A DNA stretch of 64,000 nt from Candidatus Thorarchaeota archaeon (lineage in GTDB: Archaea > Asgardarchaeota > Thorarchaeia > Thorarchaeales > Thorarchaeaceae). Positions 47,390 to 57,286 of the stretch are shown in pieces (position 1 is the stretch's first letter; each line of letters begins with the position of its first letter). A model generated the notes under the pieces. It searched no databases and was not told the origin of the DNA. It was given only the letters and a program-made list of their open reading frames with translations. A program made the translations under genes and the position numbers. The stretch lies in contig PRDH01000012.1 in assembly GCA_003345545.1 (NCBI GenBank), positions 1 to 64,000 on the forward strand. The letters are read 5' to 3'.

Positions 47390-47935
47390 ATGAAGCGAGT
47401 CATTACTATCGGTGGACTTCATGGTACAGGAAAGAGCTCTGTGGCTGATGCTGTAGCAAAGAGATTCAAGTTGAGGCGGATTTCCGCAGGAGCAACATTC
47501 CGTCAGTTGGCTAAGGAGAGAGGGCTCACCCTAGAGGAGTTCTGCAGGGTGGCGGAGGGAGATGGAGAGATTGACAAGCTCATCGATGGCGCTCAGAGGA
47601 GGGAGGCGGAGAATGGCAATGCTGTCATTGATGGACAGCTTGCAGCATGGATGGCGGGAGAGCATGCGGACCTGAAGATTCTCTTAACAGCACCTCTCGA
47701 AGTGAGAATCAAGAGAATTGCTGCCCGTGATGGAACGGACTTTGAGTTTGCCCGGCGTGAAACCATCCATCGAGAGGGTAGCGAGAAGGCAAGATATCTC
47801 GAATATTACAAGGTAGATGTCACGGATCTGTCTGTCTATGACCTCATTCTGAACACGGGAAAATACCCTCTAGATGGCGTCAGCAAAATAGTAATTGCGG
47901 CTGTTGAAACATACTTTAGGCTAGCAGCACAATGA
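47390..47935 (+). CDS. cmk: Cytidylate kinase, archaeal type
   Basis: ITIGGLHGTGKS, SAG..FR.LA, RY.EYY.VD. Confidence 0.93.
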   Translation: MKRVITIGGLHGTGKSSVADAVAKRFKLRRISAGATFRQLAKERGLTLEEFCRVAEGDGEIDKLIDGAQRREAENGNAVIDGQLAAWMAGEHADLKILLTAPLEVRIKRIAARDGTDFEFARRETIHREGSEKARYLEYYKVDVTDLSVYDLILNTGKYPLDGVSKIVIAAVETYFRLAAQ

Positions 47936-48055
47936 GCATTCTGTGGGCCTAGCGGAAGGCTCTTATTGTTAACGAAATTTCGTGTTGTCATTCTCCCAGT
48001 CCAGATGGATGATACGCCGAGGTGACTTGGTTGCAGACTATGGACACGGCGAGGT

Positions 48056-48346
48056 GTGACTGATATGAAGCTGTACGATATTGGTAGAATCTGTGTAAAA
48101 GTGCTAGGCCGTGAAACCGGGAGCCACTGCGTCATCGTTGAAGTTAAGGATAACAACTATGTTGTTGTCACCGGCCCCAAAGACATTAGCGGTGTCAGAC
48201 GAAGAAACTGCAATGTCAGACACCTTGAACCATTAGAAACCGTTCTTCCAATCTCAAAAGGTGCCGATGACGAAGCTGTTGCAAAAGCGATTGCTGATGC
48301 AGGACTTACTGAGAAGTTTCGAGAGAAGATTCGGATTGGAATCTAG
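48056..48346 (+). CDS. rpl14e: 50S ribosomal protein eL14
   Basis: IGRICVK..GRE.G..CVIV, GVRRRNCNVRHLEP. Confidence 0.95.
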   Translation: MTDMKLYDIGRICVKVLGRETGSHCVIVEVKDNNYVVVTGPKDISGVRRRNCNVRHLEPLETVLPISKGADDEAVAKAIADAGLTEKFREKIRIGI

Positions 48347-48377
48347 ACGAATCAACTCGTAATAGGAGTGTCTGCGA

Positions 48378-49397
48378 ATGGTGGGCTTGCTGCCTTCAGA
48401 CCAACCTCGTGAAGTGATTCAACGGGCATCAGACACTACAAATCCGGAATACGGATTCCCCTCGCTTGATAATCTTCCAATCAAATACCTGCTTGAGAAT
48501 GGAATCATAGTCCTTGACAAGCCAGCAGGACCGACCAGCCATGAGGTAGCAACATGGGTCAAGAAGATCCTCGAAGTAGACCGTGTCGGTCACGGAGGAA
48601 CATTGGATCCCGGTGTGACCGGTATTCTTCCCACAGGCGTCGGCAATGCGACAAAGGCAATGCAGGCTCTCATCCCTGCTGGGAAGGAGTATGTCTGTGT
48701 CCTTGAACTCCATCACCCAACTCCAGAGGACGAGATACGGCGAGTGATCAGTGAGTTCGTAGGTAAGATCTACCAGAAACCTCCACTCAGGTCATCTGTG
48801 AAGCGAGTGACACGAGTTCGTGAGATATACTACAATGAGATTCTTGAGATCAGCGCAAGAATCGTTCTCTTTCGAGTTGGATGTCAAGCAGGAACCTACG
48901 TCAGAAAACTCTGTTTTGACATTGGCGAAGCGCTCGGTGTTGGAGGGCACATGAGAGAACTTCGTAGAACAAGGGTAGGAACATTCAGGGAGGACGAGCA
49001 TTTATGCTCTCTATACGACCTCAAAGACGCCTACATCTTCTGGAAGGAGAATGGTGAAGAGCAGCTCCTTCGCAGGTACCTGCTGCCAACAGAGTTCGCC
49101 TTGGGCCATTTGCCATTCATACAGATACGAGACTCTGCTGTTGATGCAATATGCCACGGTGCTGATCTTGCTGCTACAGGAGTTGTCAGATTGAACACGG
49201 GCATCAAGAATGGAGACCTCTCACTCATCAAGACCTTGAAGGGGGAAGCCGTTGCGCTTGCAAAGAGTAATGACACTAGTGAGAGGATTGCAAAGGCCAA
49301 GAGTGGAATAGTGGCTACTAGTGAGCGTGTCTTGATGGTCAGAGGGAGATATCCTCAGATGTGGAAGAAACACTCTGAGGATGAGCGAAACTTGTGA
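48378..49397 (+). CDS. cbf5: H/ACA RNA-guided pseudouridine synthase Cbf5
   Basis: DKPAGPTSHEV, GHGGTLDP, GTYVRKLC, LRRTR, PUA domain. Confidence 0.96.
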   Translation: MVGLLPSDQPREVIQRASDTTNPEYGFPSLDNLPIKYLLENGIIVLDKPAGPTSHEVATWVKKILEVDRVGHGGTLDPGVTGILPTGVGNATKAMQALIPAGKEYVCVLELHHPTPEDEIRRVISEFVGKIYQKPPLRSSVKRVTRVREIYYNEILEISARIVLFRVGCQAGTYVRKLCFDIGEALGVGGHMRELRRTRVGTFREDEHLCSLYDLKDAYIFWKENGEEQLLRRYLLPTEFALGHLPFIQIRDSAVDAICHGADLAATGVVRLNTGIKNGDLSLIKTLKGEAVALAKSNDTSERIAKAKSGIVATSERVLMVRGRYPQMWKKHSEDERNL

Positions 49398-49434
49398 GAT
49401 TAGCCATCTTTTTATGAGTTGATTCATAGAGGAA

Positions 49435-49794
49435 GATGTAGCTCCGGAGCAGAAGCGCAACTGACGGTACTCATCCTTCGGGGTGAGAGCTGAGGAAACT
49501 CCCGACTCGTGTCGGCGTCAGTCCAACGAAAGAAGGGAGGCGAGAGCCTCGCTCTGGGAACAGAAACGACACCCCCGTTCGGGATGTGACAATGATACAG
49601 ACTCGAATCTGTCGAGGACTCGTACGGACAGGTTGAAACGGCCCATCACTGGTTGAGCAATTCCAAGAATACACTGTTGACGTGTCGACCTGAGGTGTAG
49701 GGTAGGAAGCTTAGTTTGATGTTGCAAGATCCCAGGCAGGCAACTGTCTGGGGTGGAACAGAATCGGGGTCACTCTCTGGACCGGAGCTACATC
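49435..49794 (+). ncRNA. rnpB: RNase P RNA
   Basis: Terminal helix GATGTAGCTCCGG/CCGGAGCTACATC; GAGGAAACTCC, ACAGAAA, TGAAACG, GAGCAA and ACAGAATCGGGGT conserved regions. Confidence 0.93.
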
Positions 49795-49801
49795 ATATCA
49801 A

Positions 49802-50329
49802 TCATCGATTTTGTAGTTCCATGTACTCTTTCTGTATTTCTATAACCTCCCTGCTTGTACTGCATTTTGAATATGCTTCCAAGAACTCGTGATTCAATGT
49901 TATGAAGGCCGACCCCCATTTGAAGATAGACATAATGTCTTCAGCCTCTTCCTTGAAACCAGCAATATAGAGCGCTGCAGCCACAGCCTCAGCAGTTGAC
50001 AACTTGATTGGTTTGTAGGTGTTGACTGGATTCGCAGCGAGGAGGTAAGGTAATGCTCTCTGGATACCTGATTGCGAGCTCGCGAATATCTCTTCAGCCT
50101 TTTTCCACGAACAGTCAAGTGCGACAAGACCTGAACGCAGAACAGGATTCCTGTCTGCCCCTGAAAAGGCGACCTCAGAGACCGGGTTGAGCACAACACT
50201 CCCAACAGATATCTGGTTCATGCTCTTGAGTATCTGAGCCCTCTTCATTCTGATGAGCCGTGTCCCAGTGCATTTCTTTGGATCACACTGATCAGCGTGA
50301 TAGATGAGAACTCTCGGTCGTGCGGTCAC
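49802..50329 (-). CDS. tsr3: 16S rRNA aminocarboxypropyltransferase Tsr3
   Basis: QCDPKKCTG, LDCSW, RALPYLLAANPVN, LSTAEA, FKWG..F..LN; GTG start 50329 with GGTGA SD. Confidence 0.95.
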   Translation of the reverse strand: MTARPRVLIYHADQCDPKKCTGTRLIRMKRAQILKSMNQISVGSVVLNPVSEVAFSGADRNPVLRSGLVALDCSWKKAEEIFASSQSGIQRALPYLLAANPVNTYKPIKLSTAEAVAAALYIAGFKEEAEDIMSIFKWGSAFITLNHEFLEAYSKCSTSREVIEIQKEYMELQNR

Positions 50330-50409
50330 ACTTGATTCACCAATCGTATCATCCAAAAGGGTAAAGGATTTCTGTGTTGTCATAGGCCTAAACAAGAGGT
50401 AATGCTGAA

Positions 50410-50682
50410 GTGTACCATGTAGCTGCATCCTCATGCGAGATCTGCGGTGAGGATGAGATGCATCTTGTCTCCTGCAAGATGTGTGGGGCATATGTCTGTC
50501 CTCAATGCGTGACCCACGATACTCAACTATGTCTGAACTGTGTTGAAGCCAGATGCCAGATCTGTGGTGAGTACCTGGCCTCACGGGCATGCAATATCTG
50601 CGGCAGACTTGTCTGTGAGGACCATGGAATGAAAGTGGATGAGTCTACAATATGTGATTACTGTCGGAAGAGAGAGGCATGA
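50410..50682 (+). CDS. Tandem zinc-finger Cys-rich protein
   Basis: Two repeats of CxxC-CxxC-VCxx(C/H)-CxxC; ATGA overlap with tiaS. Confidence 0.75.
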   Translation: MYHVAASSCEICGEDEMHLVSCKMCGAYVCPQCVTHDTQLCLNCVEARCQICGEYLASRACNICGRLVCEDHGMKVDESTICDYCRKREA

Positions 50683-52013
50683 GGCTACAAGAGATCCACA
50701 TCGGTCTTGACGACATTGACAGTCCAAAGGGAGGCTGCACTACACACTTTGCAAGCCTCCTTGTTGAACAGCTCTCACGCCAATCAATCAAGTGGATAGA
50801 CTACCCTAGACTGATCCGATTGAATCCTGGTATTCCGTTCAGGACACGGGGCAATGGTGCCGTGGCACTTCAGTTGCTCTTTGATACTAGCAGGATTAGC
50901 GACCTGATAGAACAGATTGAACAGATGGTCCACAACTATGTTGATGAAACCTATCCCAATACGAACCCTGGTGCCGTCATTGTCACAGGAGAGATTCCTG
51001 ATAGCGTGCAGCTACTGTCACAGCAGGCATTGTGGCGCATGATCCCGATAGAACTAGCACAGAGGCTAGTGGAGAGATATGACATAGTCCACTACAAAGG
51101 GGGCAACGGGAGAGGACTGATTGGAGCTCTGGCATCTGTTGGAAACGCCCTTGAGCATGACCACACGTACGAGTTCATTGCCTATCGTTCAATGGACCAA
51201 TCTGGATTCAAGAGAGGAGTTGAACCCGAGTCTGTACTCGAAATGGTGGAGAGAATGAAAGACAGGGTGTTCTCGAATATCGACCCTGATGAGGGGAGAG
51301 TCCTAATCGAACCTCACGGTCCGGACCCCGTAATCTATGGAATCCGGGGAGAAGCGGCAACTGATGTCATTGAAGCGGCAGGACTCGTAAGGAGCAAGCA
51401 AGATGTCGACAGATGGATGGTGTTCAGAAGCAACCAGGCCACTGCTGAGCATCTTACGCATACCATGACGATTCGTGACCTGAGACCGTACATGGCCTGC
51501 CTTGTCCATGGACGCGTAGAGAGTCGCCCAAGGATAATGGAGGGAGGTCATGTCTTCTTCGAACTTGGAAATGATGATGAGAGAATTGACTGCGCGGCAT
51601 ACGAGCCCACTCGGGGCTTTAGAGAGATTGTCAGGGGGCTTCGTGTTGGTGATGAGATCTGTGTGCATGCGAATGTCAAGCCGAGGTCAAGAACGCATGG
51701 CCTCACGCTCAATATCGAAGGCCTTGAGATTCTCAACCTTGGGCCTGATGTCTTGTTAGTGAATCCAGACTGCCCTCACTGTCTGAAGCGGATGAAGAGT
51801 GCAGGAAGCGGGAAAGGCTTCAAGTGTTTCAGATGTGGCTTTAAGGACCGGAATGCAGCGAAGGTCGAGAAGAGGGCAGAGAGAACCATCAAGGAGGGGC
51901 TTCACCTCCCACCCCTCAGCGCGCAGAGACATCTCACTCGACCTCTTGCCAGGATTAATCGTTCGAACTCAGGAAGACCAGAGCATCTTGTCAGCAAATG
52001 GCATAGTCACTGA
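50679..52013 (+). CDS. tiaS: tRNA(Ile2) agmatinylcytidine synthase
   Basis: GLDDIDS..GGCTT, RTRGNGA, GRGLIGA, PHGPDPVIYGIRG, SNQ.T, AAYEPT, Zn ribbon, RHL.RP. Confidence 0.95.
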   Translation: MRLQEIHIGLDDIDSPKGGCTTHFASLLVEQLSRQSIKWIDYPRLIRLNPGIPFRTRGNGAVALQLLFDTSRISDLIEQIEQMVHNYVDETYPNTNPGAVIVTGEIPDSVQLLSQQALWRMIPIELAQRLVERYDIVHYKGGNGRGLIGALASVGNALEHDHTYEFIAYRSMDQSGFKRGVEPESVLEMVERMKDRVFSNIDPDEGRVLIEPHGPDPVIYGIRGEAATDVIEAAGLVRSKQDVDRWMVFRSNQATAEHLTHTMTIRDLRPYMACLVHGRVESRPRIMEGGHVFFELGNDDERIDCAAYEPTRGFREIVRGLRVGDEICVHANVKPRSRTHGLTLNIEGLEILNLGPDVLLVNPDCPHCLKRMKSAGSGKGFKCFRCGFKDRNAAKVEKRAERTIKEGLHLPPLSAQRHLTRPLARINRSNSGRPEHLVSKWHSH

Positions 52014-52051
52014 ATAATCTGTCAAATGCACAGAATAGGAAGCGTTTGAAA

Positions 52052-52477
52052 CTACACACGTCTGCCACGACGACCTCCAGCTTTTCTGGTTCCATCGTGT
52101 GGCATAGGAGTGACCTCATCAATGATACCGATCCTAAGACCAGCCCTGCTGAGCGCACGAATGGCTGCCTGAGCACCGGGACCTGGAGTCTTTGGACCAG
52201 AGCCACCCGGAGCTCTGACGCGAATATGAATGCCGTAGACACCCTTGTCCTTTGCCTCTCTGGCCGCCTGAAATGCTGCCTGCATGGCAGCGTGCGGTGA
52301 GGACTCGTTCCTGTCAGCCTTGACCATCATACCACCAGTATGTCGTGCCAAGGTTTCTGCACCAGAGATATCAGTGATGTGAACGATGGTGTCGTTGTAT
52401 GACGCAAAGATATGCGCGACGCCCCACTTGTCTCTCTTCTCTTCCTTACTCAAGTTCTTCATCTCCTGAAACATCAT
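52052..52477 (-). CDS. rps11: 30S ribosomal protein uS11 (start may be TTG 52453)
   Basis: [37 protein letters not shown]. Confidence 0.98.
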   Translation of the reverse strand: MMFQEMKNLSKEEKRDKWGVAHIFASYNDTIVHITDISGAETLARHTGGMMVKADRNESSPHAAMQAAFQAAREAKDKGVYGIHIRVRAPGGSGPKTPGPGAQAAIRALSRAGLRIGIIDEVTPMPHDGTRKAGGRRGRRV

Positions 52478-53108
52478 CAGGTTCGTTTCTCAGCGGCTCT
52501 CTCTCATCTACAGATTCCATCGAAACAAGTCGTCGTCTTGGGCGTTCTTCGTCGATCTCCTCAGGAACCGCAGTGATTCTTGTCGCTGCGTCTGAGGCAG
52601 CGATTCTTGCTGGGTGGGACTGATCATTCAATGCAGACTTTGTAGTATATGTGATGTGCTCCTCTTCTGCGGTGGTGATCAATCGTGCAGGTGTTGTCAC
52701 ACGGCGGTCGTTCAGTCCAATATGACCGTGGGTCACTAACTGCCTAGCATGATGCATGGAGGCTGCTAGACCCTTTCGAAAGACGATTGTCTGGAGTCTA
52801 CGTTCGAGAACTTTCTCGAGTGTCAGGTTCAAAACATTATCAAGAGTCAAATCACCAGAAAGGATGCCAAGTCTGCTGAGCTTATCAACAAGCTCTCTCT
52901 CATCATGGGCTCTCTCTGAGGGAGGTAGTGCTAGGAGATACCTTGCCGTTCTGCGGTAATGAGAAAGTTCTGTCCTATGAATCCAGATCTCTTTCTTGTT
53001 CCGTAGGCCAAAAGTACCAATCAATTGAAGCTCCTGTTCAAATCTATCTGTGTCGAAGGGACGCTTCGGCATTACGTACTTCTTGCTCTGGAATCGTATA
53101 TCTCCCAT
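52446..53108 (-). CDS. rps4: 30S ribosomal protein uS4 with acidic tail
   Basis: [28 protein letters not shown]. Confidence 0.97.
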   Translation of the reverse strand: MGDIRFQSKKYVMPKRPFDTDRFEQELQLIGTFGLRNKKEIWIHRTELSHYRRTARYLLALPPSERAHDERELVDKLSRLGILSGDLTLDNVLNLTLEKVLERRLQTIVFRKGLAASMHHARQLVTHGHIGLNDRRVTTPARLITTAEEEHITYTTKSALNDQSHPARIAASDAATRITAVPEEIDEERPRRRLVSMESVDEREPLRNEPDDVSGDEELE

Positions 53109-53111
53109 CTC

Positions 53112-53570
53112 TCATGCCGCCTTTACTTCTTTCCTTGACACACCGACTGCTACGCCACCACGACCAGTCGTTCTGGTGTGTTGGCCCCTTACCTTAAGAC
53201 CAGCTGCGTGTCTTGTGCCTCGCCATGATTTGATCCTGCGGAGTCTGTCAATATCGTTTCTGCTGGCAAAATCAAGGTCAGAACCAGTCAAATGCAGCAT
53301 TCTGCCACTCATTCTGTCTCTCGGGCGGTTTAAGAACCAGTCAGGAAAACCTGCCGCCAGAGGATCACGAAGAACGGTTTCTACCGCCTTAATGTTCTCA
53401 TCCGAAATGTATCCGAGTCTGTCATTGGGATCCATTCCAAGATGTGCTAGAATGGTCCTGGACATTCGGAGACCAACACCCATGATATGGGTTAGCCCCT
53501 GAAGCAGGCTCTCTTGGCCGTCAATGTCGGATCCACCTATACGAACAATATGCTTGTAGTCTTCAGACAC
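53112..53570 (-). CDS. rps13: 30S ribosomal protein uS13
   Basis: W.LNRP.D, RG.RH..GLKVRGQHTRTTGR. Confidence 0.98.
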   Translation of the reverse strand: MSEDYKHIVRIGGSDIDGQESLLQGLTHIMGVGLRMSRTILAHLGMDPNDRLGYISDENIKAVETVLRDPLAAGFPDWFLNRPRDRMSGRMLHLTGSDLDFASRNDIDRLRRIKSWRGTRHAAGLKVRGQHTRTTGRGGVAVGVSRKEVKAA

Positions 53571-53689
53571 GGTCTGTTACCTCATTCTGACTGGATTTGG
53601 CTAGTTCCGCTCTTTTGGATTCCTTATAACCATTGCCATAGAGAACCGATTCTTGAAGGTCCTCTTAGCCCTCAGTAAGGACTCATCTC

Positions 53690-54094
53690 ATGGGGACACA
53701 CGTGTCATACGAACCTACCCTTACGCCCAGTATTAAATCGAGTATCTCAGCCCTTCTAAAAGAGACCATCCTTGAGAGTTGCAGCAGACAAGAGGGAAGA
53801 GGACGAAGGAGCGTTCTCATCTCCAGCAACAGCTTAGCTAGCAGGATCGTATATCTTCGCTGGGGAATCAGGCCATCGCAGCGCAGACAATACAGAAACC
53901 TATTCTCTGAAGTGAGAGAACAGTGCCGCGAGCTCTTCCGGTACTATGTCAATCAGGGAGAAGTTGTCAGCCAGAAGGAAGGAACAGAGTATAGATACGG
54001 AGTCTACAAGTTCGATGAGGTTCGTGGAAACCTGATTCTGGGGATTGTATATGTTGATGCGGACTCACCTTTTCTGCCAAAGCCCTCGAACTAG
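53690..54094 (+). CDS. Hypothetical protein
   Basis: 134-aa ORF. Confidence 0.65.
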   Translation: MGTHVSYEPTLTPSIKSSISALLKETILESCSRQEGRGRRSVLISSNSLASRIVYLRWGIRPSQRRQYRNLFSEVREQCRELFRYYVNQGEVVSQKEGTEYRYGVYKFDEVRGNLILGIVYVDADSPFLPKPSN

Positions 54095-54977
54095 GCGGGA
54101 TTGAAACGAAGCAGGGCATCTGGTGAGATGTCCGGGACCTCTAGTCCAAAGGGCTCGCATAGCAGATGCACCAGACTTCTGAGCAGGTTTGTTCGATATG
54201 CTAAGTCTACAGCGACTATGGAATGCACATCAGCTCCAATGACCTTGCCAATGGCAGACGGGTCTAGAGCATTCGGGAGCTCTTGTTTGTTTGCAAACGC
54301 TCTGATTGGAAGCTTGGGATAGTCCTGCTGAATCTTCGCCATGATTCCTTTTGATATGACTAGGTTTCTTGGCGTGGAATCAGATATGAGAAAGGCAACA
54401 TCAGCTCTGCTAAAGTCCCACAGTTTTTGGGACTGCAATTGCCCTCCGAAATCAAGTATCATGATATCGTAGTTAGCAAAACGGATGTTGGGGAGAACCT
54501 CCGTATTGAGCAAGACAGTAGGAAGATGCTCCTCAGGAGGCGGCGTTTCCATGAGGAGATGAAGAATCGAGGTCTTTCCTACGCCACTCTCACCGACCAA
54601 TGCAATGACAAAATGTGATGTGGCCATGGGATCGACAATCCCAGAGAAATTCGTCCGAATATGGCTCGCGGACATCACGCCAGTGATTCCTCGAAGGATG
54701 CGCGCGACACTGTTGATTCTTTTGGTGATCTCATCGTCGGACTCCGCAAATCGGTGGAGAAACTATCAGACTACTGTCTCCGCACTCACGACCGAAGAAC
54801 TTCAAGTCATCAATCGCAGTTGACTTGTACTTGAGCCGTTCTGGACTTCTCTGCCATTTCGGCCGGACTTGAGAGATACCTATTCAGTTGTGCTCGTGAT
54901 AGTCTATTGCTCCAATAATTAAGAGAAGCAATCCTGCATCGATTAGCGGCATTGACTACGACGACGCTATAGATCAT
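54091..54977 (-). pseudogene. Longin-like domain plus Ras/Arf-like small GTPase, frameshifted in the 5' part (GTPase frame open 54091-54678)
   Basis: GESGVGKT, PTV, DFGGQ, NKQE; the frame stays open upstream of 54678; separate-frame start MIYSVVVVN at 54977 with GAGGT SD. Confidence 0.6.
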
Positions 54978-55395
54978 GGTGCGTACCTCTCAGTGGATTC
55001 AAAGATAAATCATCAATATGAGAGCAAGTATTGACAATACAGATGAGAGCGCAGTGAGTACTCGCACTCTTAGAGCATATTCTGATGACGCAACAATCTT
55101 CTCGCTCACAGACCTTCTTTCCCATCTATGTCAGCAGGCCAAGGAGAAACCCGGTATTAGTCTGACGACTATTATTCATTCCCTGCAATAGAAGACGCCA
55201 TTTTCTCTTTTGCGTGGTGTCTTCATATGGCTCTCTGACGAGGCTGAACTCAGTGAGGAACAGACTGAGTTCTTAGCAAGATCTAGGCCATGAAATACGG
55301 TGATACTGGTTTGAAACACAATATCGTGCTGCGAGTCGGTATCCTTTTGAGCGTGTGAGGGTCTTGAAATAGCGTTCGAAGGGCGGCGTTGTCGT

Positions 55396-56985
55396 ATGAC
55401 TGAAGCTCAGGGACAAGGTGGCAGAGGCCATTCTAGACTCGGATGGCTTACTCTTCTTGTAGTGCTTGTCGTGTTACTTGGTTCCGCTGAGGCGCCTACT
55501 GGTGCATATGGCGCGAACGACTTGACAGATGCAACCACGCATAGCAGAGTTGCCCTTACCTCCACCGAAAACAGAATAGCTCTAGTCAAGCCCATTTTTT
55601 CTGCGACTGCCTACTCAGCCGCTTTCTATCAATTCTACTATACGTACGACTCGGTACCTCCAGGGGAGTATGTTACAACTAACCTCGGACTCTTGAACAG
55701 AACAGTGGTTGATGACTGGGGGTGGAGCAGGCGACTCAGTACATGGTTTGAGAGTGACACAGCTCGCTCTCTGCACCTGATTCTCGGAGAGACTGTGACG
55801 CTCATCAACGAAATCGACGTGGACGGTGGTGCGCTCTTTCACGATGGTGTGAGGTCGTATGATGTCCTGATACTCGGGTTTACCGAGTATGTCACAGAGA
55901 GGGAGTACCTCTACTATAAGCAATTCGTGGCGTCAGGAGGCACACTGATCATACTGGATGCCTGCAACTTCCTCGCCGAAGTTGCATATTCCAACGGCTA
56001 TCTAAGCCTAACCAAGGGACACGGGTGGGAATTCAACGGAACCCATGCTTGGAAGTCCGCCTACCACAGGTGGTACGAAGACAATAGGAATTGGGTTGGT
56101 AGCAACTTCTGGAAATATTGGATCGGCACACACTATAATGGCATCAGAGTAAACACAACAAATGTTCTCAGCAACTTCATCAAAACTACGTTGGGTGAGA
56201 ACATATCGACGACTTACCCCGGCCATGAAGAGAACTCTCTACAAAACCGGACAGCGACAGACATTATCGGTTACTGGAATTTTATCGACCCCAGTGAAAG
56301 CCCTGACAATCCTGTAGTAGCTTATATGCACAGATACGGAAATGGAATGGTCATACATTCGGGGATAATGGCAAGCGATGTGATTCTCTCTGATTCATTC
56401 CTCAAAGTGTTCCTTGCCGCTTCTATAAGGTTTGGTCTCGCCGGAGAAATCGGTCAATGGAAGTACCCCGAACCGTTAGTTTCGCCAGACGACTTTGTAG
56501 AATCTACAATAGCAATGTATGAAAAGTATGGAGGGCCAATTTCCGGAGCGCTTTCTGGTTTGGTCTACTGTGACATCAGTTTCAACGTGACGACAGATAT
56601 TCTCCGGAGCGGCTATCGATGCAACCTTGAATCTGTGACGGGATACCTGACCAAACAGGCCGATATAGAGGGGCAAGCATTGCTTGAATCCGTCTTGGAG
56701 GCTCGGGCCGTGAACGACACTTACTGGCGATTGGACATAAACACATATCTGTTCACGAATGGAAACCACAGGCTAGCGATTGACGCAACATGGAAGGCGG
56801 TTGGGTGTTCGAATTTGGCGAACGAGTCCATAGGAGCCTTGTATCTCACTGTTCAAAACAGTTGGTGGATGTCGATACTCCCATGGGCTTTGCCTCTAGG
56901 TGCCGCAATATGTGCGGCTGTTGTCACAGTCATATACATGCAGTTCAACAGGATGAAACTCCGAAGGTCTTTCGTTCCAAACTAG
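55396..56985 (+). CDS. Secreted, C-terminally anchored surface protein with a DMFase-beta/GATase-like domain
   Basis: Signal peptide; TAY, YDVLILG..EYVT..EY..Y..FV..GG.LI; many N-x-S/T sequons; C-terminal TM plus basic tail. Confidence 0.7.
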   Translation: MTEAQGQGGRGHSRLGWLTLLVVLVVLLGSAEAPTGAYGANDLTDATTHSRVALTSTENRIALVKPIFSATAYSAAFYQFYYTYDSVPPGEYVTTNLGLLNRTVVDDWGWSRRLSTWFESDTARSLHLILGETVTLINEIDVDGGALFHDGVRSYDVLILGFTEYVTEREYLYYKQFVASGGTLIILDACNFLAEVAYSNGYLSLTKGHGWEFNGTHAWKSAYHRWYEDNRNWVGSNFWKYWIGTHYNGIRVNTTNVLSNFIKTTLGENISTTYPGHEENSLQNRTATDIIGYWNFIDPSESPDNPVVAYMHRYGNGMVIHSGIMASDVILSDSFLKVFLAASIRFGLAGEIGQWKYPEPLVSPDDFVESTIAMYEKYGGPISGALSGLVYCDISFNVTTDILRSGYRCNLESVTGYLTKQADIEGQALLESVLEARAVNDTYWRLDINTYLFTNGNHRLAIDATWKAVGCSNLANESIGALYLTVQNSWWMSILPWALPLGAAICAAVVTVIYMQFNRMKLRRSFVPN

Positions 56986-57168
56986 TCCTGCCCGACTGCC
57001 AATGCTTCAGGATTCTGCGCGAATTACGGCTTCAGTGAAGACATCACTTAGTTGAGTTGATGGGGCACTCAACATAACCTAGACAGTGAAAGCTTCTGGA
57101 TTGAGAGGTTTTTCACGCTCAGCACAGCTAAGCACACTTCCTCTACTTCTGCACTTGATGGAAGAGAA

Positions 57169-57286
57169 TGGCGCCCGGAATGAGACTCGAACTCATGCCT
57201 CCCAAAGGGAGAGCAGCTGCCTGTCGGGCTGTAATAAATACGCTATCAGCTCCAGGCTGCCGCCATAGCCACTAGGCTATCCGGGC
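57169..57286 (-). tRNA. tRNA-Ser(GGA) with 31-nt intron at 37/38 (57219-57249), encoded CCA
   Basis: Reverse complement: GCCCGGA TA GCC TAGTGGCTAT GGC G GCAGC CTGGAG [intron] A GCTGC long variable arm ATGAG TTCGAGT CTCAT TCCGGGC GCCA. Confidence 0.9.

Noticed and set aside
47995-48050. Possible K-turn (GATGA...GTGA) before rpl14e
   Set aside because: Flanking stems pair poorly
49471-49727. Short minus-strand ORFs
   Set aside because: Antisense to RNase P RNA
50330-50590. N-terminal extension of Tsr3 in the ORF track
   Set aside because: Overlaps the divergent zinc-finger gene; an SD-supported GTG at 50329 gives a normal length
57086-57268. 60-aa + strand ORF
   Set aside because: Antisense to tRNA-Ser
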